Virus record (IMG/VR): IMGVR_UViG_3300012971_000044
Coordinates: 1-35,670 of that record
Direction: 5' to 3' (one strand)
From: a virus
Lineage: Duplodnaviria; Caudoviricetes
DNA: 35,670 bases
Of this stretch, positions 9,685 through 18,784 are shown piece after piece. Position 1 is the first letter of the stretch, and each line of letters begins with the position of its first letter. Under the pieces are notes generated by a model, which was given only the letters and a program-made list of their open reading frames with translations, was not told the origin of the DNA and searched no databases. The position numbers were made by a program, and so were the translations under genes.

Positions 9685-11163
9685 ATGTCTACACTCAAAG
9701 ACCTCATATCACGTAACGGCTCAGAGCAAGGCTTAGACGGAATCGGAGCAAACTCATGGTTTGGTACTGTCGCTGCTCCTGTGCCAGTCACGATAAATGA
9801 TGAACTGTGGGTAATCATCCCTGACTTGAATATGGGTACTGAGTTTAAGTGGGGGCCTTGTCATTGGAGCAGTAACGTCATACCAAGCCTGGGCGATCCT
9901 GTTTTGGTGATATTTGATAACAGGAATCAACTGTGGGCTTCACTAGGTATACCTGAAACAGAGATGCCCATTGTATTTCCAGTAACCAGTGTGTTCGGCA
10001 GAACGGGAGCTGTCGTTAAACAAGCTGGTGACTACGTTGTAGCTGACATCACTGGTGCAGAGTCAGCAGCACACGCTGCCGCTACATATGCGCCCATCGC
10101 TAGTCCTACATTGACTGGTGATCCTAAAGCTCCCACAGCCGCGCCTGGTGACAATGATACGTCACTAGCTACAACCGCGTTTGTCCAAGCTGCTATAGCT
10201 GCATTGGCTGCGGCTGGTCTTACGACGCCTAGCGGTGTTGTGTCAGAATTTGCAGGTACAGCAGCACCGGCAGGTTGGATGCTTTGTAATGGTGCTGCTA
10301 TATCGCGTACTACGTATGCTGCTTTGTTTGCTGCGATTGGCACAGCGTATGGAGTAGGCGACGGCTCTACCACATTCAACCTACCTAATCTACAAGGACG
10401 TGTTCCTGTAGGTAAAGCAGGCTCAGGGACGTTTTTGAATCTCGGTGCTACTGGCGGTGAAGAAACACACGTCACTACAATCGCTGAAATGCCATCGCAC
10501 GATCATGGTGCCTCAGTTAGTGCTGTTTCAGCAGGAACACCAGCAGGCACAGTTTCACAGCCCACGTTTACTGGAACAGCTTCCCAGGTAACAAGCACAG
10601 AATCACAGAGCCACACGCATACGACTACAGCTACAGGCACAGTATCAAAACCAGGTATATCAGGTACAACTGCTAACGAGTCACCTGCTCATTCTCACTC
10701 AGTTACGGCGGCAGGCTCTCTTAGCGGTGGTGAGGCGTTGTTTGCTATCAACTACGCCACCAACTATACGCGCTCCGGTACAGGTATTGGTATTGCTGAC
10801 TTGAACAGCTCTACAGGGTGGCTTTCAGGTGCTACTGGTGGCACTATCGCACAGATGCACGCAGCTATTACTACCGAGCCAACTTTCACTGGTAGTGCTG
10901 TAACGTCTAGCACTTCTGCACATGGACACGGAGTGGGTACGTTAGATGTATCGCAACCTACTTTTACGGGTAATGCTGTAGCATCAGGTAATGCTTCACA
11001 AACTCATACTCATACGATTACGGCAACAGGTACAGTGTCGCAGCCTACGTTTACTGGTAGCGCGTTGGGTACACACTCACACACGGTTACTGCACAAGGT
11101 GGCGGTGGCGCGCACAACAACCTACAGCCGTATCTAGTAATGAACTACATCATCAAGACGTAA
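9685..11163 (+). CDS. Putative baseplate spike N-domain fused to a tail-collar and needle-type fibre
   Basis: N-terminal WVIIPDL...PSLGDPVLVIFD resembles the gp5/gpV OB-fold and sits in the spike position. It is followed by a collar domain (APAGWMLCNG...TTFNLPNLQGRVPVG), HxH repeats and HNNLQPY..NYIIKT. Confidence 0.75.
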   Translation: MSTLKDLISRNGSEQGLDGIGANSWFGTVAAPVPVTINDELWVIIPDLNMGTEFKWGPCHWSSNVIPSLGDPVLVIFDNRNQLWASLGIPETEMPIVFPVTSVFGRTGAVVKQAGDYVVADITGAESAAHAAATYAPIASPTLTGDPKAPTAAPGDNDTSLATTAFVQAAIAALAAAGLTTPSGVVSEFAGTAAPAGWMLCNGAAISRTTYAALFAAIGTAYGVGDGSTTFNLPNLQGRVPVGKAGSGTFLNLGATGGEETHVTTIAEMPSHDHGASVSAVSAGTPAGTVSQPTFTGTASQVTSTESQSHTHTTTATGTVSKPGISGTTANESPAHSHSVTAAGSLSGGEALFAINYATNYTRSGTGIGIADLNSSTGWLSGATGGTIAQMHAAITTEPTFTGSAVTSSTSAHGHGVGTLDVSQPTFTGNAVASGNASQTHTHTITATGTVSQPTFTGSALGTHSHTVTAQGGGGAHNNLQPYLVMNYIIKT

Positions 11164-11183
11164 GTGCGACAAGGAGAGAGCCT

Positions 11184-11495
11184 ATGACAGCCGTTGTTCC
11201 GCACTTGAAGTTTCCGCCACAGTTGGCGAGTGATGGTCATTTGCAAGCTGTGGAGCAAGACTCCTACGATGACATACTAGGCTGTGTCTACGTGGCTCTC
11301 AAAACTCAGTTGGGTACGAGGCTTTACGTGCCTGACTTCGGAATCACCGACTATACGTTTATACAAGCTCCTATCCCCAATCCTCAACTCTACTCAGAGA
11401 TTAGGAGTAGCGAGCCTAGAGCTACAGTCGATCTTTCCGAACAAGTCGATGATCTAATCGAAACCGTAGTCGTGGGAGTAAACAATGTCGGGTAG
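11184..11495 (+). CDS. Baseplate wedge subunit (gp25/gpW-like)
   Basis: LKTQLGTRLYVPDFG and SEPRA motifs; RBS GGAGAGAG. Confidence 0.85.
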   Translation: MTAVVPHLKFPPQLASDGHLQAVEQDSYDDILGCVYVALKTQLGTRLYVPDFGITDYTFIQAPIPNPQLYSEIRSSEPRATVDLSEQVDDLIETVVVGVNNVG

Positions 11496-12678
11496 CCAAT
11501 ACATAGATTACCCGCTAGTAGCAGACGCCAGGGATTTGATGCAGCGTGCGTTTGACTACATGGCAAACAAGTTTCCCGGTTGGGAGCCTTCTGAGGGTCA
11601 GCTAGATACAGCTATCTTGGAAGCTACATCAAGCGAAGCAGCAGACATAGCTTCGCTGACTACCGGAGTACCGAAGTCTATCTATAGATACTTCGGTGCT
11701 ACGATGATGGGCATAATCCCACTAGATGCTGTAGCAGCTACTTGTACGGCAACGTTCTATGCTGTGGATACCAACGGTTACATCATCCCCGATGGTACAC
11801 AAGTTTCGATACTCGATCAGTCTGGCAACGCTGTACCGTTTGTGACACTAGGCGATGCTCAGATACCCGCTGGCGCTAGTCAAACCAGCACAGGTGGTGT
11901 GACATTGGTAGCGGTCGTGCCTGGGGCTGATTCGTCGGGTATCGGTTCTGTCGGTGGAGTAGTGAATCTGCTAGATATTCTAGCGTGGATAGATCACGTC
12001 ACTCAGTATACTGTCACCATCGGTGGGCAAGATGCAGAAAGTGATGATGCCTACCTAAACCGTCTTACCATTCAGTTGCAGCTTGCGGCAAACCGCCCAA
12101 TTCTGCCAAGAGATTTCGGTCTTATGGCATCGAATGTAAGTGGTGTGCAACGCGCAGTTTGTGTAGACGGTTACAACACAGCAGATTCCACGTATAACAA
12201 CCAGCGAATGGTTACTATGGCTGCTGTAGATTCGCTAGGCAACGCAGTCAATTCCACGGTTCGTGGCAATATGCAGACTTACCTAGACGGCATGAGAGAA
12301 ATCAACTTCGTGGTAAATGCGACTGACCCAACTTACACGAATGTTGATGTCACGACCAACGTGTTGGTTGCCCCAGGCTTCTCAGGCACAGATGTTCAGT
12401 TTAGAGTGCAGCAAGCTATACAGAACTTCCTCAGTCCAGCAACGTGGGGAATTGATCCTTCTGATGATCCCAACGATCCTGTGACTTGGAATAACTTGCC
12501 GAGTATCAAGTATCTGGACGTAGCTGCTGCTATCGGTGCTGTTCCTGGTGTGGCTTATCCTATCTCAGTTGCTACAGGACTAGCTGGTGGCGCACAATCC
12601 ACTACTGATAAGACCCTCACAGGTGTGGCACCGCTTCCCCGCCCCGGCACAATCGTTGTAAACTACAGCCTCTCGTAA
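11485..12678 (+). CDS. Baseplate J-like protein
   Basis: IPDGTQV, GGQDAESDDAYLNRL, DFGLMASNVSGVQRA, GAVPGV. Confidence 0.9.
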   Translation: MSGSQYIDYPLVADARDLMQRAFDYMANKFPGWEPSEGQLDTAILEATSSEAADIASLTTGVPKSIYRYFGATMMGIIPLDAVAATCTATFYAVDTNGYIIPDGTQVSILDQSGNAVPFVTLGDAQIPAGASQTSTGGVTLVAVVPGADSSGIGSVGGVVNLLDILAWIDHVTQYTVTIGGQDAESDDAYLNRLTIQLQLAANRPILPRDFGLMASNVSGVQRAVCVDGYNTADSTYNNQRMVTMAAVDSLGNAVNSTVRGNMQTYLDGMREINFVVNATDPTYTNVDVTTNVLVAPGFSGTDVQFRVQQAIQNFLSPATWGIDPSDDPNDPVTWNNLPSIKYLDVAAAIGAVPGVAYPISVATGLAGGAQSTTDKTLTGVAPLPRPGTIVVNYSLS

Positions 12679-13938
12679 ATGGCAAACAAGGCTATAACAC
12701 CAACTACTCCGGTTCTAGCTACCTCCACTGTAGGTGGAAGGATAGCACTTGTATGGCCTGGTTTTGGGCCATACTTGGTACCATACAAAGCACCAACTGC
12801 ACCAGCCACACCAGCTCTACCTAGTACAGATGACTTCGCTCACGCTGTTTACAATCAGCTGAACCTCGACAATCTAGTCGGTACTGACGACTGGATAAAC
12901 TTGCTGACAGATCCGTTGTTCTTGAACGGTGTTGATGGTTGGACTTGTGATGCTAACTACACTCTTGCACAGTCCACTGAGCAGAACCTGTTTGGTCAGT
13001 ATTCGCTGAAAAGCTTAAAGGCATCAGCCGGTGCTACTAACGGTAATGTCTACTGTCCTGTGCAGGTTTTGCAACCGGGTACTGTCTATACAGCGAGTGT
13101 CTACGTGTATATCCCATCTGCCTTCCCTGGTAGCTTTGTGTCGGTTGGTGCAGATACTACGTTTACGGGTGCTGTTATAGACAGCACGAATGCCAATGCT
13201 AACATGGCGACACGTAATAAATGGCAGAGGATATGGATTACGATACAAGCGGCAGTTGGAGACGTATCAGGACAACCGATCATAGTACGCTCCGACAACT
13301 CGATAATCTCTGGCGCCAGTAGTGCTATCTACATAGCTAGCCCACAGCTAGAGATAGCACCTACGCCTAGTGCATTCACTGATAACGTACTGTTCGCGCC
13401 AGCCAAGGTAATCACGCAATCGTTCATCGGCTCTATTGGTGCAGCTTTCGAGCAGATGGATGATCTTGCACACGCTAATCCTCAGTGGTCTAGCCTGCTT
13501 GACGTGAACAGGATACCTGACGAGGGATTGCCGTGGTTTGGTCAATTCACTGGTACGATAGTTGATCCTAATCTCGGTTTCAACGATCAAAGACAGCAGA
13601 TACGTGCTAACCCAGGTTGGCATCGTGGCACGAAGGACGCTATCGCACTTGCTGTGCGGCCTTTGCTAACGGGAACCCAAGCCGTACAAATCGTAGAAAG
13701 AGATACAACCCCGTATCACTTCAACATCGCTACTTATGGTGCCGAAACGCCTGATCCCAACTTGGTAACGGTAGCCGTAAACAGAGTCAAACCAGCAGGT
13801 CTACAGTTTTCCTATACTGTGATACCTGGCTCGCCTGGAACAGCTACGACATACGCTAACCTATACTTCGACTTCCTATCGTATCAGGTAATCATGGATG
13901 AGAAGACGACGTATCAGGACGTTTACCTGCATCCGTAA
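12679..13938 (+). CDS. Baseplate wedge (P2 gpI-like) with inserted carbohydrate-binding-like module
   Basis: C-terminal LDVNRIPDEGLPWFGQFTG...HRGTKDAI...VKPAG is gpI-like. Middle NLLTDPLF...PGTVYTASVYV...WQRIWIT...PQLE is CBM4/9-like. Confidence 0.75.
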   Translation: MANKAITPTTPVLATSTVGGRIALVWPGFGPYLVPYKAPTAPATPALPSTDDFAHAVYNQLNLDNLVGTDDWINLLTDPLFLNGVDGWTCDANYTLAQSTEQNLFGQYSLKSLKASAGATNGNVYCPVQVLQPGTVYTASVYVYIPSAFPGSFVSVGADTTFTGAVIDSTNANANMATRNKWQRIWITIQAAVGDVSGQPIIVRSDNSIISGASSAIYIASPQLEIAPTPSAFTDNVLFAPAKVITQSFIGSIGAAFEQMDDLAHANPQWSSLLDVNRIPDEGLPWFGQFTGTIVDPNLGFNDQRQQIRANPGWHRGTKDAIALAVRPLLTGTQAVQIVERDTTPYHFNIATYGAETPDPNLVTVAVNRVKPAGLQFSYTVIPGSPGTATTYANLYFDFLSYQVIMDEKTTYQDVYLHP

Positions 13939-13954
13939 AGGAGGTTAATGTGAG

Positions 13955-15607
13955 ATGCTAACAAGCGCAAGACGTTCAATCTCTTACCCGAATCCTGATA
14001 GGTCTGATAGACCTGACGTTCCGTTGCATATCGGGAACATCATTACTGCTATTGATAATGATGTTATGTTTGTCAATGGAACGGATGCAGCTAGAGTAGC
14101 TGCTTCTCATCAGGTGGGTGGCGGTAAGTTCTGGTGGGCGACTGATACGCAGCTTATGTGGTATGATGATGGTACTACATGGAGACAGCTTGGCTACGCA
14201 GCGTTGGCATCACCAGCTTTCACTGGAACGCCTACCGCACCCACAGCAGCGACCGCTACCAATACAACGCAGATTGCCACTACTGCGTTTGTCAAGGCGC
14301 AGAACTATGCTGCTACAGTATTCGGCAGGAGCGGCCCAACTATAACGGCTCAGGCTGGTGACTATACAGCGGCACAAGTAACTAACGCTGCTGATAAGTC
14401 GAGTGCCGCTATTCAAACCTTCACAGGTGAGGTTGATGCAACTGCCCACGGTGCTACTGGTTTAACTGGTGCTACAGCCGCTAGTCGTTACGTTGGTGGT
14501 ACAGCAGCTAGTGCTCCCGTAAGCGGAACGTTTGCTAAGGGTGACTTCGTTGTCACGCAAACGGGACATTTGCTCATATGCACTACTGCTGGTACTCCCG
14601 GTACATGGACTGATGCTGGTAGCGTGTCGAACTCAGTTAATACGGTGTTTGGACGTGGTGGAGCAGTAGTCGCGCAGACTGGTGACTATACAGTAGCTCA
14701 GGTAACTGGCGCTGCTCCATTAGCATCACCTGTATTCACTGGTGATCCGCAAGCACCAACTCCTGCGGCTGGTGATAACGATACGAGTATCGCTACGACA
14801 GCGTTTGCTCGTAGCCTCATGCCTGCTGGTGTAATTCTACCATATGGTGGTACTGCTGCACCTAACGCAGAATGGTTGCTGTGTGATGGTACTGCTAAGT
14901 CACGCACGACTTACGCAGCTTTGTTTGCAGCCATAGGTACAGCATATGGAGCGGGTGACGGCAGCACAACGTTTAACATACCAAACCTGCAAGGCCGTGT
15001 GCCTGTTGGTAAAAACACAGGAACGTTCGCTACGTTAGGTGCTACAGGTGGCGAGGAAGCTCACCAACTGACTAGTAACGAGTTAGCTGCTCACACGCAT
15101 ACGTTCACTGGTACGGCTATGGGTACGCATAACCATACTTTCACTGGTTCAGCTATGAGTGCACATCATCACGACATTTCGGTTGGTGCAGTTCCAACGC
15201 ACTCACATACAGTGAGCGGTACATTTGAAAACCACAGGCACCATTTCAGCTATCTGCAAACTCCGACATTCCTCACCTATCGTACTGATGTGACAATGAC
15301 CGCCGGTAATAAAGCTCTCACTGACATCGGTGGATTCACAGGAGCTTCAGGTGGTATTACGGGGCCGATCTATACGGGTACTGTGGATACTGGCGCTTCT
15401 GGCCTTTCAATATCAGGAACAGCAGGGCCTGTTTCAGCACCAATGCCTACTCTTACCATTCCTGATGTTTCAGCCGGTACACCCGCTGGTACTAATACGG
15501 CTGTTTCAGCAGGAACGCCCGCAGGTACAAACAGTCCAACAGGAAACGATCTAGCACACAATAACCTACAGCCATACGTAGTCACGAACTACATCATCAA
15601 GACATAG
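13955..15607 (+). CDS. Tail fibre with collar domain and HxH needle tip
   Basis: Repeated ASPxFTGxPxAPT...IATTAF and VFGRxG..AQxGDY modules, collar domain, multiple HxH motifs; RBS AAAGGAGG. Confidence 0.88.
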   Translation: MLTSARRSISYPNPDRSDRPDVPLHIGNIITAIDNDVMFVNGTDAARVAASHQVGGGKFWWATDTQLMWYDDGTTWRQLGYAALASPAFTGTPTAPTAATATNTTQIATTAFVKAQNYAATVFGRSGPTITAQAGDYTAAQVTNAADKSSAAIQTFTGEVDATAHGATGLTGATAASRYVGGTAASAPVSGTFAKGDFVVTQTGHLLICTTAGTPGTWTDAGSVSNSVNTVFGRGGAVVAQTGDYTVAQVTGAAPLASPVFTGDPQAPTPAAGDNDTSIATTAFARSLMPAGVILPYGGTAAPNAEWLLCDGTAKSRTTYAALFAAIGTAYGAGDGSTTFNIPNLQGRVPVGKNTGTFATLGATGGEEAHQLTSNELAAHTHTFTGTAMGTHNHTFTGSAMSAHHHDISVGAVPTHSHTVSGTFENHRHHFSYLQTPTFLTYRTDVTMTAGNKALTDIGGFTGASGGITGPIYTGTVDTGASGLSISGTAGPVSAPMPTLTIPDVSAGTPAGTNTAVSAGTPAGTNSPTGNDLAHNNLQPYVVTNYIIKT

Positions 15608-15624
15608 TTTAACAAGGAGAGAGA

Positions 15625-15909
15625 ATGGAGCCTGAATACTTCAACAGCGATGATGAGAATAGGACGGCAGTTATCGCTGACGCTATCAAGGAATACTTTG
15701 ACTGCCCTGACGATGAAATCACTACGTTCGTGCTTTGCTGCGAACGACGTAATTCCGAGGGGCACTTGTCAATCTCGTCTGTGTGGTCTGCTGTACCTCA
15801 TTGGCATCTTAGAGGCTTTGTCGAGGAACTCGGAAATCACATAGAACAGCAGAAGAATCAGGAAGCACTAGCACAGATGCTAACGAGAGGTGAGGAACAG
15901 CCTGAATGA
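15625..15909 (+). CDS. Hypothetical protein
   Basis: RBS AAGGAGAGAG; 94 aa; ATGA overlap with the next gene. Confidence 0.7.
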   Translation: MEPEYFNSDDENRTAVIADAIKEYFDCPDDEITTFVLCCERRNSEGHLSISSVWSAVPHWHLRGFVEELGNHIEQQKNQEALAQMLTRGEEQPE

Positions 15910-16151
15910 GAAGTAGGTTCAGACCACATGATTGGGTAGCTCTTGTTCTTGCTATCGGTTTAGTGGTGATAACCGTAGAGATTGGCATTGCTATAATTAG
16001 CAATGTTTTAAAAGCACACAACCCTACGCCAACCCTTAGCGAAAATGCCACTCAGGTTCTTGTTGGCACAATAGGTGGACTCATCGGTGTGCTTGGTAGT
16101 TACTTAGGCTTCTCAATCAAAGAGAAGGGAAGCGATGAACGGAGTGATTGA
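15906..16151 (+). CDS. Two-TM membrane protein, holin candidate
   Basis: Two hydrophobic segments and a charged C-terminus, upstream of the endolysin. Confidence 0.65.
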   Translation: MRSRFRPHDWVALVLAIGLVVITVEIGIAIISNVLKAHNPTPTLSENATQVLVGTIGGLIGVLGSYLGFSIKEKGSDERSD

Positions 16152-16371
16152 TCGTCTTAGGGAATTATTCTCAAGAGGAGGTAAGAAAGTGTCTGCAACA
16201 GAAGAACCACCTCAGCAGCCCGAACCTGCGCCTGAGCCTGGAACTGATATTGAGCATGATGAGGTACAGGAAGGTGCTCCACCTGATGCGGTAGAAGGCC
16301 CAGAACCACTAGATGAACCAACCCACGATGATCTGCCAGAAGATGAGGATGATGGGGATGAAGAACTATAG
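16135..16371 (+). CDS. Acidic Pro/Glu/Asp-rich hypothetical protein
   Basis: Open frame. An alternative GTG start at 16189 has the stronger RBS GAGGAGG. Confidence 0.55.
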   Translation: MNGVIDRLRELFSRGGKKVSATEEPPQQPEPAPEPGTDIEHDEVQEGAPPDAVEGPEPLDEPTHDDLPEDEDDGDEEL

Positions 16372-17116
16372 ACTTACCTCACCACCTATGCGTGGTAGCG
16401 AGGTAAAGACGATACAAAGCCGACTTGCTGGTCACAATCACTTCAAGGAGAACTACAAGCCAGGTAAGCTAGACGGCATTTTCGGTGAATCAACCGCTGT
16501 CGCATCTTACAGAGCTAAGTATGCACTCGGTTATCCGAGGAAAGACTTGACTCGCACGTATGGGCCTACGCTGGATCGTTACCTAACTGGTAAGGCTAAG
16601 CTTCCAGACGCATTTGTCCAGCGTCGTCGTGAACGCAAGAAGGCTGCTGCTGCGACACCCATAGGCGTTAAGGCACTTAACCGAGCTAAGACAAAGATCG
16701 GTGTTAGAGAGTCACCTGCTGGCACTAACCGCTGTGAGTTCTCTGTTTGGTACGGAGTCATTGGCCCGTGGTGTGCCATGTTTGCAACGTGGTGTTTTGA
16801 TGGTGTAGGTAGCCAAGTCTTTGCCAGAGGTAGGCGGTTCTCTTACGTGCCTAACATCATCGCTGCTGCAAGAGCTGGTGGACAGGGACTATACGTTACT
16901 AACGCACCAAAGCCGGGTGATCTTGTCTGTTACGATTGGGACAGGAATGGTCTGTATGACCACGTTGGCATCTTCGAGAAGTGGGTAGGCGGCGGTAGTT
17001 GGAGTGCTATCGAAGGTAACACAGGTCACTCTAGCTACTCAAACGGTGGCCAGGTGATGCGTGCTACACGCAACCGTGGAATGGCTAACGTCGTCTTCAT
17101 ACGAGTAGTAAGATAA
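16358..17116 (+). CDS. Endolysin: N-terminal PG-binding domain plus CHAP peptidase
   Basis: MRGSEVKTIQSRL...DGIFGEST (PG_binding_1-like); PWCAMF...HVGIF...IEGNT (CHAP). Start moved to ATG 16358. Confidence 0.9.
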   Translation: MKNYRLTSPPMRGSEVKTIQSRLAGHNHFKENYKPGKLDGIFGESTAVASYRAKYALGYPRKDLTRTYGPTLDRYLTGKAKLPDAFVQRRRERKKAAAATPIGVKALNRAKTKIGVRESPAGTNRCEFSVWYGVIGPWCAMFATWCFDGVGSQVFARGRRFSYVPNIIAAARAGGQGLYVTNAPKPGDLVCYDWDRNGLYDHVGIFEKWVGGGSWSAIEGNTGHSSYSNGGQVMRATRNRGMANVVFIRVVR

Positions 17117-17202
17117 TGACCACGCATACTGCGATCATTCTACTTGCCATAGCTCCGGTGTGGCTACTCGTCGGTTTTCTCATCGGACAGAGAATGAAAT
17201 GA
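17116..17202 (+). CDS. 28-aa single-TM peptide (below the ORF-track cutoff)
   Basis: MTTHTAIILLAIAPVWLLVGFLIGQRMK*. TAATG overlap upstream and ATGA overlap downstream. Confidence 0.7.
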   Translation: MTTHTAIILLAIAPVWLLVGFLIGQRMK

Positions 17203-17399
17203 CTTCTTTCAGAAACGTGCTCGCTTTCTCGGTGTTCGTCCTGTGGTCAGTCGTGATAGGTATCTCACTATTCACGAAAAACTATACGATCCTGGGAGTG
17301 GTAACACCAACGATTCTGACGGTGATTGGCTACTACTTCAGCAAATCACTGAATGGCAACGGAAGGAAGAACGGTGGCTCAAACCCATCTGCCAAGTAA
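17199..17399 (+). CDS. Two-TM membrane protein, second holin candidate
   Basis: MTSFRNV... with two hydrophobic helices; start at ATG 17199 by ATGA coupling. Confidence 0.65.
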   Translation: MTSFRNVLAFSVFVLWSVVIGISLFTKNYTILGVVTPTILTVIGYYFSKSLNGNGRKNGGSNPSAK

Positions 17400-17796
17400 C
17401 TTCACTCACCGACTCCTATGGACACTCGGTGCCAAAGATAACAAGGAGAACAACCGATTCATCAACGCACAGATACGTTGTGAGGGTGGCACAGCTAAGT
17501 GGAATCCTCTCAACTCTACCATGCGGCTCAGTGGCTCGTACTCATGGACAGAGGAGAAGAACTACAACACCACGGGAGTTTGCAACTACCGCTATGGTAT
17601 TGCAGGTGTTTGTGCTACAGCCCTAACGTTCAATCTACGTGACTACCAGGGCAATCTGTTGTTCCCAGGACTTCTCGCAGATTTCAAGGCTGGTACTAAA
17701 ACGGCTGAACAGATAGTGAACGACAACATAGCTGAAATCAAGCTGTGGGGGACTAATCCAGACTTGATGCTACAGGTTCTAAAGTCAATGCCGTGA
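17374..17796 (+). CDS. Putative lysozyme-fold cell-wall hydrolase
   Basis: CEGGTAKWNPLNST...NTTGVCNY...GVCATALT resembles glucosaminidase/lysozyme-like proteins. GTG start after AAGGAAG (ATG 17353 also possible). Confidence 0.55.
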   Translation: MAQTHLPSNFTHRLLWTLGAKDNKENNRFINAQIRCEGGTAKWNPLNSTMRLSGSYSWTEEKNYNTTGVCNYRYGIAGVCATALTFNLRDYQGNLLFPGLLADFKAGTKTAEQIVNDNIAEIKLWGTNPDLMLQVLKSMP

Positions 17797-17809
17797 AAGG
17801 GGGTGTAAT

Positions 17810-18061
17810 ATGGGAATGGTAGAGGATGCTGCTAACAGACTAGAGGAAGCTGCTTTGGCTGTTAGCGAGCTTGACTTCTCACAGGAACAGGATGCTATCG
17901 CAGGATGCTTGAATTCGATTGCGTCAGCATTGAATTCAATCTCAGACGCTGTAGCGGCTGCTGCTAACGCAGCGCGTGAATCACTTGCTCAGTCTGCTGC
18001 TGATGCTGCACAACCGGCTGAACCACCGGCAGAGGGTGAACCGCCTGCTGAGCCAGCTTAA
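17810..18061 (+). CDS. Ala/Glu-rich coiled-coil hypothetical protein
   Basis: RBS AAAGGGGGTG; last gene of the + strand arm. Confidence 0.7.
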   Translation: MGMVEDAANRLEEAALAVSELDFSQEQDAIAGCLNSIASALNSISDAVAAAANAARESLAQSAADAAQPAEPPAEGEPPAEPA

Positions 18062-18065
18062 AAAT

Positions 18066-18086
18066 GCTAGTTAGTATATAACTAGC
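18066..18086. terminator. Small hairpin at the arm junction
   Basis: GCTAGTTA/TAACTAGC stem flanked by A runs (T-tail on the - strand). Confidence 0.5.
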
Positions 18087-18087
18087 T

Positions 18088-18143
18088 AAAAATGTTGAGG
18101 CCCACATCGCCGTACTCTCTCCCGGCTTCCGTGGGCCTCAACA
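18088..18143 (-). terminator. Intrinsic terminator between the convergent arms
   Basis: 13-bp stem TGTTGAGGCCCAC/GTGGGCCTCAACA with an inner GCCG/CGGC stem; TTTTT follows on the - strand. Confidence 0.75.
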
Positions 18144-18222
18144 CTTTGTCCATCCTACTCAGAAGTACGTAGCCTGTGTTTTACTCCCTCCCCGTTTCAC
18201 CTCCTTTGTGTTTTGTTGGTGG

Positions 18223-18552
18223 TTAAATCAAACCACACAGATGAGCAGTTCTAGGCCAAGGATTCCAACCACGCGCATGATAACCATTCCTGCCAGCTTG
18301 TAGTTGTGCCCACTTAGGCCAATGATCTGCTGTTCCCCATCTTCTGTAGAACCTTCTACCATATGCTTTCATGAAGTTTCTGTCCATTTGTAGTCCACCC
18401 CAGTAAGGCCAACCATGATCGTTCCATGCACCTTCGTAGCGGTGGATGCACAGTAAACCTCTTGTTACGTAATCTGATGCTTGGGCTGTCGATGTCGCCG
18501 CCAGTGTCGCTAGTATAAACACTAGCGAGCTTAGTGCGAGCAGCTTACGCAA
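18223..18552 (-). CDS. Secreted resuscitation-promoting factor (Rpf)-like transglycosylase
   Basis: Signal peptide ending TAQA; CIHRYEG..W...YWGGLQM...Q...RGWNPWP..C; RBS AAAGGAG before TTG. Confidence 0.82.
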   Translation of the reverse strand: MRKLLALSSLVFILATLAATSTAQASDYVTRGLLCIHRYEGAWNDHGWPYWGGLQMDRNFMKAYGRRFYRRWGTADHWPKWAQLQAGRNGYHARGWNPWPRTAHLCGLI

Positions 18553-18610
18553 GATTGACTCCTTTGTAGCTTACTAGGTGCCCTCAGACCAAGAGGGTAG
18601 AGCTAGTTGT

Positions 18611-18784
18611 CTATCTTATCACCTTCTTTCCTATAAGGTTTTTCTCGCGATTGACGAGCATGGGCTTGGTGTATCTACAATTCTCCCGTTTACACCAAGC
18701 ATAATCATCTACTGTCCAAGGCGTTACATCAGTTCTGATGCCCCACCTATGAAACCCTAACTTGCAGAGTATATGCCCAATCAT
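18611..18784 (-). CDS. Small Cys/His protein
   Basis: MIGHILCKLGFHRW...CKRENC; start 18784 by ATGA overlap. Confidence 0.65.
   Translation of the reverse strand: MIGHILCKLGFHRWGIRTDVTPWTVDDYAWCKRENCRYTKPMLVNREKNLIGKKVIR

Noticed and set aside
2291-13938. Extracellular contractile injection system or tailocin
   Set aside because: Head-tail joining genes and a full replication arm indicate a true phage.
9685-15607. Diversity-generating retroelement or invertible fibre cassette
   Set aside because: The repeats are in direct orientation and differ mostly at synonymous sites rather than specifically at adenines; no reverse transcriptase or invertase is in the window.
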